Counted from the whole stretch's first letter, positions 12,811 through 26,152 are shown. The stretch is DNA of 57,059 nucleotides, filler included, from Trypethelium eluteriae (GCA_051942245.1; 2 parts of 2 records of this genome joined end to end with filler, not necessarily neighbours in it); one strand, 5' to 3'. Numbers and translations are program-made. Notes: a model not told the origin generated them from the sequence alone.

Positions 12811-14678
12811 ATGGCTACAGACGAGCGGCAGCCGTTGCTGAGAAACGCAGATGAAGCCGCTGAGGAGGGCACCATCGAACGGCAGACCGGCAATTACGAT
12901 GATGGCAGAATTGACAACTCTACTCCAATTGCAAAAGTGCCAAGCACCGCGCGGCTGCTTCTCATACTGGGCAGCATGTGGATTGCTGTCTTCTTCGGTG
13001 GACTGGGTGGGTGATACGCGAAAAATAAAGTGCGGCACGCTGATGTTGTCTTACGCACATCCCTAGAGCTAGTGTAATGCCTTGCTACGCCCAGAAGTCG
13101 TCCTCAGATCCTTGTTTTTTTTCAAGCTTTAAAGGAGACATGTTTCATTGACTCAAACACCGTCTAATCTTCTATAAAATAGAGGACCGTATCTTTATTC
13201 ATGGAATGTAAAGCTGATGGGTTTCTAATACAGACTCAACAATTGTTGCGACTCTTGTATCACCAATTTCGACCGAGTTCCACTCCTTCACTCTAGTTTC
13301 ATGGCTTGCCTCGGGATTCCTGATCGCCAATGCCGCGCTACAACCTCTGAGTGGCAAGCTCACGGACATCTACGGACGACGTACTGGCTTGGTACTTTCC
13401 AATATCTTCTTTGGCGTGGGAACTTTATTGTGTGGTCTCGCAGAGCAAGAGTGGGTGATCATACTGGGCCGTATCATCGCTGGAATTGGAGGAGGTGGAA
13501 TTAATGCAATCTCCACCTTTGTAGCTTCAGATCTCGTCCCTACGCGACAGCGTGGAATGTATCAAGGGATAGGAAACATCTGCTATGGCGTAGGGAGTGG
13601 ACTGGGAGGTGTCTTTGGGGGATCAATGAACGATCGCTGGGGCTGGCGAAGTGCATTCCACTTCCAACTACCATTTATTGCCCTTTCGACAATCCTTGTC
13701 GCATTTACTGTTCAAGTCCCTGTCAAGGAAACCGACAAATCTCGCATCAAACGCGTGGATTTCTTGGGTGGCATCACCCTTGTTATTGCTCTAGTCTTGT
13801 TACTCTTAGGACTCAATTCGGGCGGGAATATCGTGCCGTGGACCCATCCTTTGGTGCTCACGACTCTCCCCTTATCTGCTATCCTCCTTTGCGTGTTCGT
13901 TTGCATTGAAGATCAGGTCGCCGCGGAGCCCATTATTCCAGTCCGTCTGGTGATCAACCGGACTGTACTATCAGCGTGCCTTACCAACTGGTTCATTACC
14001 ATGTCAGCCTACGGGGTTCTCTACTACGTCCCAATATACTTTCAAATTCGCGGCTTTTCCCCGACAAGAGCCGGTGCTCAACTGATTCCCAATTCCATCG
14101 GTGGTGCACTGGGCTCTTTAGGAGCCGGCCTCATCATGCGCTGGACTGGGAGGTACTACTATCTCAATCTGGGCATTGAGAGCACTGTGGTACTAGCGTA
14201 TGTGCTCATCTCAATCTTCTTTCGTGACCATCTAGCAGTATGGCCGCCTTTCATCATCCTTTTCCTGGCCGGATTTGGATATGGAAGCATGCTCACGCTT
14301 ACGCTCATTGCTTTGATAAGCGGAGTTGATCACTCACAACAGGCCGTCATCACCTCGGCATCGTACGCATTTAGGTCTACTGGTGCAACAATCGGCATCA
14401 CGATTGCGAGCGTAGTCTTCCAGAACGTCCTGAAGAGCGAACTTTGGGCAAGGTTCGGAAACGAACCCAACGCCGAGAAGATTATTCGTGCTCTCAGAGA
14501 TAGCATTGATGAAATCAACCGTGTACCAGCAAGCTGGCGGTCAGGAGTCTTTGAGAGCTACATACATGCGATCGAGGGCGTGTGGCTCGCAATTCTAGGG
14601 ACGGGAGCTGTCGGAGCGGTTATCAGCTTGAGCATGCGGGAGTATAAGCTTCACAATACCCTGGATAGGAGCAAATGA
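12811..14678 (+). CDS. MFS transporter, 14-TM DHA2 / vacuolar basic amino acid transporter (VBA)-like; intron 13007-13233
   Basis: LDSTIVATL, motif A (GKLTDIYGRR), GRIIAGIGGGG, GWRSAF, DFLG and EPIIP motifs. N-terminal ERQPLL is a dileucine-type vacuolar sorting signal. Confidence 0.9.
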
Positions 14679-16330
14679 AGAGCGGAGGCAAGTAGGATGA
14701 ACACGGTAAGCGTGCATATGGATGGTCTTCTGATCAAAGCATTGCATGACGCGTTGCGTGTCAAGAGAGTGCATTACACGGAAGGGTTAGCTCGGGGAAG
14801 GCGAAGATAACGGCCTAGATTTTCAGGAGCGAGAAAGGCAAGTGGAAGATGGAGAATAGGCAACGGATGACGAGTACGACAAACAGAACGGATGGAACGG
14901 ATAGCATAGCAAATCCAATCTTACCAACCCAAAAGTTTTCATTGCTCACTCGCTTCGTCTGTTCACAGAAGAGTGCCGAGGTTCTTCATTGTTCATAGTC
15001 GAAACGTACTGAAGATATACTAATAAAGTGGAATGAATCTCGTTGGCGATTTTGAAGTAAAGCTCCTTCGTAGCTGTCTGTTTCATGTGTAGGCCGGTAA
15101 TGCTGCGTGCATAGAGTACCAGTAAGGCAGTAGAATTGCACTTCTGCGAACCGAACTCCGAATGACTCCTAAGAATCCATTCAATTAGGATTCCCAGTCA
15201 GACACAGGCATCCGTATTTTTCTGGAGGAACTCTCGGTGCCCGCCGTTCTGTGTCATTGGCATGCACCGACATGGCTCATCAATCCACTAGTCTCATGCA
15301 CGACATCCTGTCCGTGTCCCCGACCAGGAGCAAAAGTGGATTGGAAATTGGAAGGGATCATCGCGAACACCCTCAGGCGCTCAACTTACCACAAAATCGC
15401 GCATGACGCCCCGGACTTCCACTCGAAATCTTGTTGCCTGGTCCGATGGAAGCGATCAGGCTGACTCGACCATTACGGATCCGTAGCTCCCAAATCAGCC
15501 TTATCGCAATTCTTTGATGATGTGGGTGCGAGTCCAGCTGTTGGCATGCTGCATCTAAGGGCGCCGTGCGTCGCGGCGGTGCTTGCGGGAGGATCGACCA
15601 TCCAGCTGGCATTAATTACTATAAGAGGCATGGTCGCGGAATATCGGGCGAGGATCGTTTTTGCCAGCGGGATTCCTGAGGTTGTGAGGCACAGAATTCG
15701 GTATGCAGGGTTTTCCTGCCGATCGCTGGAAGGGATGCATGGGAAGGATTGAGAGGATGTTGCGGCGCAGAAATTGGGGAAATTGTTGATTTCTAGAAAG
15801 CAGACAATGATCGCATAGTTGATGAGCTGAGAGAGGCACGAAGATGGTATGACGTCGATGGGATAGGATGTCACGGTTCCAGCTTGATCACATCGGGGCT
15901 ACGCAGCTCGTTCATTCAGAGAATTTCGTACAACTGAAAGCCTGCTATTGCGACAACTAAAAGCGCTAGCTACTGCATTACAATAGTGTAATACTCAACG
16001 AGTAGACATAATCTCGGAGCTAGGGTATAATAGAAAAGTTCGATAAGCAACGCTCAGTGCAAAAACCAATCCATCTGATAGAAGCTCAACAAGCAATCGT
16101 AATCGAAAGCAAAGAGCCAAAAATTCCTGCTTTATCCCATGTCCCACGCCGATGGCGAAAGTTCTCAACGGTCCAAAAATACTCGGACAAGTCGATGAAA
16201 ATCTACATGGGCAGCATCATGTGCTCGTATCAGGGATTAAGAGAACCAGTTGCATCCATAGTCCCTTTCGTGAGGCAAATGAATTGTGTCGTAAATCGTG
16301 TAGAGTCATCAAATCTCCTTCACAGTCCGT

Positions 16331-17074
16331 TCACCAGAATCTGGATCGTCGATACTCTCGACGCCTGGGCTCCTTTACCGCATATTGGTGATATGCTGGC
16401 TCGATAATTTCAATCCTATATTGGTTCTTGCTGGAGAAGGAAGGGTCCTCGTGATCTGGCCAATCAACAAAATCGGCTCTCGGCGAGGAGTGATAATGTT
16501 TTCGGCGGCGGTGATGGTGTGACTGATGCTCCTCGTATTCTGGAAAAGACTCATATGTATCGTGTCGCAAAGGAGATGATGCATGCCTTTGAGTCCGATA
16601 GCTTATTTTGGGCGAAACGCGAGGGGGGACAAAGTAGGATCTGTCAAAGCTCACGAAAGGTTCTCGTCGTCGATGGCGTAGGCTGCGTTCTATGGCTTTC
16701 AATAACGACAATCCGTGCTCAAATCCACGTGGAACCTCAACATTGGTGAGTCGTTGGTCTTCTTTTGCATTGCTGTAGACGAGACCGTCCCTCTTCTTGT
16801 ACAGGTGCGAAGCAACCTCTTGTGCCAATGCATGGCCGTGCTCACAAAGTTGTCCGCCATTACGGTAGACCTCGTACGGACGATAACAGAAGCTGCAGCG
16901 CTGGGCATGTTCTTCAAAACGGTAGATTGCCCAGGCCTCAGAATCAACCATGGGACGGATGACAGCGGTCACAAGAGCGCCTGTGTCAAATCGAACGGCA
17001 CGAGGTGGTGACGCTGACTTAGAGAAGCGAACCTCCCTTGGAGTCGGGGAAAGGTGTCTCGAGATAGAAGGCAT
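16331..17074 (-). CDS. Hypothetical protein (247 aa) with HxxxCxxC...CxxGH motif
   Basis: Uninterrupted ATG-initiated ORF with a structured-looking central domain and an R/H/S-rich tail. A GTAAGT donor at 17270 suggests a 5'UTR intron. Confidence 0.75.
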   Translation of the reverse strand: MPSISRHLSPTPREVRFSKSASPPRAVRFDTGALVTAVIRPMVDSEAWAIYRFEEHAQRCSFCYRPYEVYRNGGQLCEHGHALAQEVASHLYKKRDGLVYSNAKEDQRLTNVEVPRGFEHGLSLLKAIERSLRHRRREPFVSFDRSYFVPPRVSPKISYRTQRHASSPLRHDTYESFPEYEEHQSHHHRRRKHYHSSPRADFVDWPDHEDPSFSSKNQYRIEIIEPAYHQYAVKEPRRREYRRSRFW

Positions 17075-20000
17075 CTTGGGCGACAGACAAGATGCTTCTA
17101 GAATATGACGTAGAGTGGGCTCCTTGGGAATATGAGTATTCTCGGAGCAAGGGAGGAAACAACGACAGGAGATGGTCCACTCAATGGAAGAGTTGAAAGT
17201 ATGAGAGAATGGTACAATAGATTTGGGTACCTCGTGGTTATGTTATTCTGGCAATAAAGAAGACACTTACCTTTTGAGGCGGGATGCCGTGATATATAGG
17301 TGTAAAGAGGCTTTAGTGGAAGCCTGGACCACTAATGTTGGCCTACATACTTCCAAACCTGGGAGTACGTAGATTCTTGTTACAGGAGTTTACGACAGCA
17401 CCCCTGGTCAGCCCACAAGATCCACACGGCGCATCCATCTGTGGAGCCAAAGTGAGACGAATATTCATGATCTGATCATGGACCGTGCTACCGGGTTTGT
17501 CCAAGCGTCTTGACGCGAGATGCCCACCAAGAGTCAGAAGAGGGTGTGGCTCAGACTCAGTGACTGGCGCAGCGGCGGAGCACACGACTGAGAGATTTCC
17601 TCATCAGGCGCCGGCCGTAGCCGGCGCGTGCTGCCGAGCGGTTGTCGTCTGCATGACTCCTGCTCAATCCTGAGAGGCATGAGGGCGAAGAGGGTCCATC
17701 TGTCAGATTCTGCGTTCCATCGATCGTCGGCCAACTCTGCTTGAAACTGAGGGCTGAGGAAACGTTGATGGACGATCGAGGTTGCCGTGGTTGCGAACAG
17801 CTGTCGGCACGTTGTTTGGTGGGGATGCCGGAAAGGCACTTGCACCAAACCGTCCCAGATAGACGCATCCTGTTAATCAAACTAGTCCTGTTCAGTCCTG
17901 TTCATAAATCGTGTCATGGAGGCATGGTGGCATGGTGGCATGCATCAGCCATTTTCAAGCATCGAGCTGCGGACGCCTCCACGGCCACCTTTTGGGGGCT
18001 GATTTGAAGCCACGTTTGATCAAATCCTTCGCCAAAACATTCGCATCTCTGGAATCATTACACAATTTCCGTGTGCCAGCTGCTCTCAGTTGTTTGCTAC
18101 ACGCACGCCCTTGATCATCAAAAGTCCATGCGCCTCAATTGATGAATGATCTGCAGGGTTCGACGCGTCCTGCGCGGCAGCTATCGTAGAATACCCGCGC
18201 TTGGGAGTTTCGAGAGGCAGTGCCTCCCGGAGACCTACCTCAGGTGTCTACACGGCGCCTTTCCTTTCAACCAATGGAACCAACCCTTACCAGGATACCA
18301 CCATACCATCAAGCTTCGAGATCCACGTCCAAGGCTATCAATAGCTTCATATGCGCGCTCTTATTCGAGGGCGCGCGTACACAACAGCAGTCGATGCTCT
18401 CAATGAACATGTTTCAAACAGCTGCGACCACTTCTCTGCAGGTAGAGTCGAGACTCGGATGACAGGGTCCAGAGCTTGGAATGTACGTCACTCGGCTGCT
18501 TGCATTGTATCCATCCTACCCAAGGTCATGGCTGATGTGGACTCAGCTTGTTGGCTGACGTGGAGAATCGAGGAAGGACGGGCTGCTCCAAGCGTACCCA
18601 GAAAAGCTGGAGATCATCTGCACGTGTTCAACCCCCCGTCCGCAGATTACAGCTTCATGAGGCTGTCCAGTAGGATTCTCCGACTCGAAGGCAATGGACA
18701 ACAAGCCTTGGGTCAGCATTGGAGCAGCAGTCAAAAGCCGAGTCTGCAGTCCAAAGCCGAGTCTGCAGCCCAGCTTCCACAATGTCCAAGCTTCTACCCT
18801 ACTTGCTCGGTATGGAGCTCGCTAAACGTCCTTCTAGCACGTTCCCAATTTCTCTTGCGTCTTTTGTTCTATCTTAACGCCATGCATTCTGAGGTGGGCG
18901 GTTCGCCTCGGCTGCTCACTTGAGGCAGCAACCTCAGCAGATTCGCAATACTCTTAGAAATCACCATCACCGGCTGGGCCTTGACCAATCTGTCTGCCCT
19001 TGGTAGGCTTTCTATTATTGTCGTGGAATATTCTTAATATTGTGGTCACCAAGACGGATCGGAGCGGCAACCTACAGCACGTACGAATTCCAGGCAACTG
19101 TACAACCTCACCCTTTCCTGCGGTATCTAGCGCCTCAATGTTTCAGAGAATGCTTGCAAACAGGTTTATGGAGGATGGCTACGGCCAGAAAGGTCTGCTA
19201 TCTTCTACAATATGTCGGATTCCCAGTTGCGGCCAGCGGTAACTGATTGCATATTCTTGTTGGTGTAATTTGTACAGCACACATTGGTCGATGCCGTACG
19301 TGATGGCGTCGCTCTTGGCGAAGGCAAAATCTCAGAGAAAGCCGACTGGCTAGACCACCGCTTTAAAGGTGCATTAGATGAGGTCACAATTTGCCTTCAT
19401 TGCCTATATCATTGCCCGACATCACGAAAGCCATTAGTGCGCCAAGATCTGGATCGCCAGATTTTGACTAATAGGTAAGTTTAAGTCGTCATAGTCTTAG
19501 GCATATACGTAGGTCTGTCCTGTGGCCTTGAAAGTCCGCCATGGCAACGCTCTCCTTAGTCGGTATCGCGACCAAGCTCACCGGAGCTTGCCAGTGGGAG
19601 CGGAGTCATTTCATTCCCTCAGCCAAGGCATGCTGCAAACTCTGCATGACAATAAATCATCAAGCTAGCCTCGCGAATCGCCGACCTCGGACTCGGCCTT
19701 GGCTGACCTTTTCATGTCATTATTTAGAGCTGGTGCTAACGACTGACATTTTAGCAGCATATGGCAGAGCCGCGATAGCATGTATTGAGCAGGAGTCACA
19801 TGGAATGGCAGAGTTTGACGCGGTAATAAGCGCAAGGTAGGCCATAAGCAAGTCAGCATATGTCAATGCTAGGCTGGCTTCGGACGGGCGATGCAGCTAA
19901 GAAGGTCAGTCTAGAGAAATGCTGCAACTCGACGGCTGTGCAGCACTATCAGAACGTAGCCACGGTGCGATACTATTTGTTAGACCCTGGGAATGTCTCG

Positions 20001-20423
20001 GCGTATTTTGTAGTAGTGATTACCTATGTTTCCCATATACATCATCGCTTCTGTCATTGATAGATCTTGTACAGAGAACAAGGTAGCGTTCGAGCCTTAA
20101 AGGAGTTTGATAAGGATGTAACTACTGCATTCTATAAGTACCCTGGTCGTGATTTCGCGATTCCCCTGCTTGAGGCGGGCGCCGCCGACGGAAGTTGTGG
20201 TCAGTGCCCCGCTTGCCGTGCTTCCGCAGCTATCTTGTTGCTGTTTCTCCTTAAATAGTCATCAATTATCCAACAAGGACTAGGTGAAGATATGAAGCTA
20301 GAATTGCATGGGTAGATAGAGGGAGCTTCGGGCTTTCATGCGCATCCAAAATTTCGGCAAAATTCGAAAGTCGACTTTTTCCGGGTGGCATTTCTACTTT
20401 TTTAACGCTTCTTCCTGAAATAC

Positions 20424-20960
20424 CTCAACCACCACAAATTCCATCCTGAAGCCAGCGCGAGGGTGAACTCTCTTAAATGAGGGCCTTCGAACGGTATCAA
20501 AAGTGGGTGATAATTCGAAAAAAAATTATTTCTCGTGTGGAACAGGTGGGCACGCCATACAAAACGAACCATGCTCCATTCTTCTCGATACTCCGCAACG
20601 GATATCTCAACCACCACCACTGGAGATGGAGTATAACTGCGTAGGGGAAGTGATGCAATCGTCAGCTTCCGAAAGAAACCGAAATTGAATAGAAATGCGA
20701 GAAAAAAATTTCTGCGATAAATTTGGTGGGAGCGCCATACAAATCGATCGGGGGTGCCCCTTTTTGAAGGCAGCTGCAGGAATGACGCAACAACCACAAG
20801 ATATATTTTTGAGCCATTGTGAAGGTGGAATCTTACATTGAAGAGCTTTCCAACGGTACAAAAATTATTCTAAAATTCGAAAAAAAGTTGGTTGACAAAA
20901 GTGGGCCAACCAATGTGTCCGAAATGCCTCTTGGAAACCGGATTTTGTATGGGACAAATT
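20424..20960. repeat. Diverged tandem array of ~3 units with ~180-182-bp period; possible non-autonomous DNA-transposon remnant
   Basis: CTCAACCACCAC at 20424 and 20606 with variant CGCAACAACCAC at 20786; CGCCATACAAA at 20553 and 20733; ATTCGAAAAAAA at 20513 and 20876; CCTTCGAACGGTA at 20484 vs CTTTCCAACGGTA at 20846. Confidence 0.65.
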
Positions 20961-21592
20961 ACTTTTTGGCAATTTTCTTGACGATCGCGGGACTACAAAT
21001 CTCGCAAAGTATAGCGTCAAAGCCCCGCAGCCGAGCCACATCACCTGAGCTATTTTTTATGAGATTATCACCATTTCTCGTCGAGTTATGGCTGTTGAAA
21101 GTTGCTATGCTCGAAATCTGGCCGACCACCTTCTGTCCTTGAGTTCAGGCCCTAGCGCAATATTAGCGTCCCCCGCTCCGGACAACCCTGACTCAGCAAG
21201 CTCCGCTCCGCTACCTCTCCAACCCCGCCTCTCGTATGGAGTACGGAGGTAGTCATGGTGGTCCGCATCCAATGCATTTTCCGTATTCAGTCGCGACACC
21301 GTGCCAAATTGTGCGCTAGCACTCCTCGAGAGACCAAAAATTCGGTGTCTCACTAATATGATAATTAAAACCGTACATACGATCGATGTTCTTGTATGAG
21401 CTTGAGGCAAAGATGAAGACTTCATTGCGTTGTGTACAAAACTAACCCAAGATCCTATCCGAAAACTCTGCAAACGCTATAATCGCCATATACGCTATGC
21501 CTTCGTCCAATACGATCCCAAACACCTGCGATGCGTCTAAAATTCCATCCGTGATCCTATGAAGTACCGAATTTCCAGTTTCCCATCCCAAC

Positions 21593-23610
21593 TCATATTA
21601 TCAGACTCAAAGCCGTCAGCACCGCAGCTCCAGCAGCCACCATGCTCGCACCCAAACGCCCAGCTCCCGCCACCTTTGTCACGCCCACAATCATGCTCGG
21701 ATCATACTGCCCGGCAGGCTCCGTGCTGTTCACCGTCCCATCCCAGCAATATCGACTAAAGCAATCCTGACACACCTGCGGCAGCCGAGTGCCCGTGCGA
21801 TCGGCACTGCGGCTCAAGATAGCACAGCCAACACAGGCAGACCACTCAGAGTCGCGCGTGCCGTTCGCCTGAGTGACAACATTGTAGCCGTTCTGGATCA
21901 CCGCATCCCGTACTGAGTTGTTGAGCGATGGGTCGAAGGTGGAGAGGTTGGAGTCGAAGCTATACGGCTGGTTGGGGAGGTAGACGATGAGAGGAGGAAC
22001 GGTGGCACTGTCGGTTAGCGTGAAGTTGGAGCTGTTGCAGCCGAAGAAGGTCGGGTGGTTGTTGAGGCCGAGGTTGACGAAGGTGTTTTGGTCGGGGATG
22101 CTGGGAAAGAGAGTGCCGTTTTGAATGGAGGCGTTGCTGGTGCGCTCGTAGGTGGCGACGAGCGAGGTGCCGTTGGGCCACCCGAAGCCGGAAACGGTGT
22201 CATTGGAGGAGTCGACGGCGAAGATGACGTCGACTTTGCGAACGGGTTGGATGAGGGGGTGGAGAGGGATATTTTGAAGATCCTCCCCGCCGTCGACAAG
22301 AGTCAGTTGCTTGGAGTTGGCGTTTTCGTTCGTGTCGTTGTTGAAGCCGAAGAAAGGATTGGGTTCCCATGATGCAATGTCGTTGTCACTTGCAGAGACG
22401 GAACTCAGAATCGAATTGAGCGCCGACTTGAGAAGACTAGGCACCCCAGCGGTATCGTTGATCTGTAGAAAGAACTGGTTGAATAAGGATGACGATGTTC
22501 CCATGACAAATCCAGCATTGTCGAAACCACGCACGCACTGCTCGTTGTCCGGAAGCGATCCACCACTGAAGTTAGATCCGACATAGCGGAGCGGAGCAAA
22601 ACCAAAGAGAGTGGGATCAAAAGAACCAAGTTCCCATGGGTTGAACTCGTAGATTGTGGCATTGTCAGCAACGATCAATTGACCAGGTGAGCGTCCGTCG
22701 GATACCAGGATTGGCATAGGACTATTTCCTGCCTGAAAATCTGGGTCATCGGCGATGGATGAGAAGGTGTAAGCTGGACCTCCGTTCGAAGCATTGACTA
22801 ATTGAAAGGATAGAGCACGACCCCAGTAATCAGTGATGGATGTATCGTATCCAGCATCTTTCTTGTCGCCAACTTCGTCGGCTAACGTAGTGTAGTACTC
22901 TCCAGAGTCAAGCACTTGGATCCCTCCTTTGTCAGGCCCCTCGAAAATGGAATTGCCGAACTGCCACAGACTACCAGACACGTCGGTCGTAGTATTTTGG
23001 ATGGCTTGCACAGATGTGAAGTTATTCACATACAGACTGCCAACAAGCCAGCCGCCCCCTGAGAGGCCAGCTAAATATGTGGAAGCTTGCAATAGACCCC
23101 CAAGCATACCATTTTCTGTCGAATTTGCGGTGCGATTATCAAAGGCCGCGAGGGCTCCTGCACCATTCGTACAAGCTCTGTATCCACCTCCAGACACAGC
23201 AATTCCGATATTGGGTAACGCGGAAGCATTATGCGCATTATTGTTAATGTATCCTACAGCATCAAAGCCTGATATATTCAATCGCGAAAATAGATCCGTC
23301 ATGGGAGATACAGTGTTGTTGCGCCTCGTTGACAACCATGACGACTCCTCTGGGGAAATGTTTGATGCTCCACGTATCCTTGGTCGATTTGATGGACAGT
23401 CAACGGTAGCAGGCGTATATCCGTTCGGAGCATCTGGCGTAGCCCTTCTGAGAACCTGAAGATCTCGAGCAGATTGATGTTCAATTGAGGCAGCAAGGGC
23501 TAGCGATCTGTTAGCAGGGATCGTTTACAACCAGATGTAGTCATTTCATTACCCAAATTGGATGATACAAGTACACAAAATATAAGACGAAAGGTACTGA
23601 GAGGATCCAT
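21593..23610 (-). CDS. PLB1: Secreted/GPI-anchored lysophospholipase (phospholipase B); one intron after the signal-peptide exon
   Basis: SGGGYRA, catalytic GLSGG and LVDGGED motifs of the cPLA2/PLB family. Signal peptide MDPLSTFRLIFCVLV, many NxS/T sites and a hydrophobic C-terminal GPI signal. Paralog number is uncertain. Confidence 0.93.
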
Positions 23611-26152
23611 GTCGGAATGAGATGGACCGAAAAGCTAGATACAGACGTAAGAAGATGAAATCTCAAGGTCTTGAGACGTGAGAAGTGATCTCGCTCGCAT
23701 GTTTGGTGATCGCGTGAGATATTTCAAGCAAACATAGCGGCGTAGCTCGGATTAGGCCAAGTCCGGGAATTTCGGCATGACGCAGTTTGCTCGAGTGCTG
23801 CGCCCCTGATGATCCCCGACGCCTCTTACCAGTTGTGGCCATGTTCAATTTAAGAGGTCAGTCTTGCCAACTGCCAAGCTGGCCAAGGAATCCTACGCTT
23901 TGTTCCGTATGAAATTATGCACGACACAAGCGCGCTGAAAATGCCGAATCCAGCTAGAGGGTAAGTATTCCTTACGTCAATCACGATTCTACACACGCTT
24001 TGGTGAAACGGATGAAAATAGACTTTGCATTTATGACGATCGCACAATCCCGCCACGATCTAAAAGAAAACATTTGAAACTAGGCTGCTCATGTCGGACA
24101 AGTATCAAAACTCGATGCCTGAACTCCGTGTATTCATGTCGTTCCTGCTGCAACGAGGGTGTTGAAGACAGAATACTGAGACTGAAACTATCTCGTCATA
24201 TCCCAAAAAGATATCGCACTGCGACTGACGGCTTCTCTAACGAGGTCGACGTGCGTAAAAGCCTTCTAGCTTCTTCTTCACGGCAGAAGGAGCCTGAAAT
24301 TTTAAGTCGCCATTATTGAAGAGGACAAGGTAGCTATCGTTCTTAAAAAGGTTAAGGGGGACTTACTGCGGCACAGAGAAGTAGTCGTGAGCGACCGGAA
24401 GCTGAGTTCGTTCGATCCTAATACGGGACATATGAACTCACGGTGATTCTCGAAGGACTTACCCTGCTTCCACCGTTCTAAGCTGGCCTGGAGGCTGGGG
24501 TAATACTTGCGAAGCGTCCAAGACGCTGACCCGGCGTTGGTGGTATATACATACGAGCCTCGCCGTCCAAGTGTCACATTAGTTGATGTAATGACGTCGC
24601 TCGATCGCTTTTGGGAGGCCGCCTTCGAGGGATTTGCTCTGCAAGCTCCAACACCCCGCATCAGTCAAACATGAAACCTCTGGCATTTGCAACGCATTGC
24701 ATTTGCATGGCAGTGCTTTCATCTCTCCTGTTATACACAGTCATGTCATCCCCAGTGTCGCTCAGACTGGCCCATTGACTGCGCCTTGCATTTCTCACAT
24801 CCTCTGCCAAATCTTTGCAGATACCTTCCCTGCACTGTGCTTCAGCGATCTTAGTGGACGGAACGTGGGGTAGGAGCTTGGGTATCCCAATGCTTGCCCG
24901 AGATACTTGCGATTGGGCAAGTCCTTTCATCATTGGTAAAGATAACGGTTGGCAATGGTCGAAGATGATGATTGCAAGCCCCCCTCTGTGGAAGTGGATA
25001 TGGCCTGGGATTTCGTTGCTACTGAATAACTACGCTTTTGCGAAAACATGCTTTTGCGGGTCTTTTCCCACCGCATCAGCGATGCTTCCGGAGAACGTTT
25101 TCCTGTGCGTTTGTTGACTAGTTGCGAACGTAAAAAGAGATCAAGCCTTGCACCAGCTCAACTCTCCAAACATCATTCCTCGGATCTTTTCGAAGTTGTT
25201 TCAACCTATGCTCAACGCTGTCACAGTCTCTCTCCCGTCTCCTTAGGTTCGGTGCAATCGTCTTGCCCCCAGAGAGAGGCTCTGTGTACCTTTTACTTCC
25301 TGAGATGCGTTGCAAAGGAAGTAGAATATCGGATATTTGAATTGGTCAACGCAGCAAATGCAAAGCTCTCTTATTTTAAGGGGGAACCAATGTGCGGAAG
25401 CTGCTGCAAAAGCAGTGTGTATTAATGATAACAAACGGGTCTGTGAGACCAGCAGCACTTCTTCAAAATGCCGTGGTACGATATGCACACTTCGCTCCGT
25501 AGTCATAGTGTTGCAAGAATGAATTGTTGGCTCAAGGTATTACGCCAATAGTACATACGCACCTAATCCGGGATTGACGAGTCTAAGATTACACGGGGAA
25601 AGAAATGGTCATTCAACAGAATCGTCAATTTATCGCAAAGATTACTCTTTGAGAGTAAAAGAGGTGATATTCTGAGGAAAGCATCCTATCCCGTAATCGA
25701 CTTCATAGCACGTGAGATGATTTGGGACATCTTGAATAGCTTCGCTGCTTGCCAACAATTGCCATACTGTCGATCATCTCTATGCTTAGGTGGTTGCGAT
25801 TCTGTCTAAGAGTCTGAGGAGGACGCGAGAGTGCCAATGAAGAGCTACCAGAGGCAACAACGAGAGGTAATACTCCATATAGGTGGAGGACAGAAGCTAA
25901 CGGCGGACCCCGGCGTGTTATCTTAGGGTAACGTTCTCCCGTTTCCCGACCTCCAATCGATCTCCCCTCCGGTAATCGACCTGCTTATTTCGTGCAGTGC
26001 TCCGCCGGTTCTCGCCGCACTTCACCTAGAATCGCACAGGAACCGATAAGAGAAATTGTTAGCTGGGACCCTTCAAAAATACGTCGCATCGCGCGTCGGC
26101 TCACCATGTACCACATTTCCTACCGAAGTCGCCCAACTGAGCTGCGACGACG

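Noticed and set aside
18351..18923. 190-aa ORF containing a 19-bp tandem duplication (18734-18770)
   Set aside because: No recognisable domain or coding-like composition; probably a chance ORF in a long promoter region.
20424..20960. CRISPR-like array
   Set aside because: Eukaryotic context, highly degenerate repeats and a ~181-bp period are incompatible with CRISPR repeat-spacer structure.
23620..26100. Short ORFs between PLB1 and the permease
   Set aside because: No coherent splice model or recognisable motif; best read as a divergent promoter region.
25800..26152. TPP riboswitch upstream of the NCS1 permease
   Set aside because: The conserved CTGAGA and GAACTTGAT..TAAT..CAGCG aptamer elements are not present.
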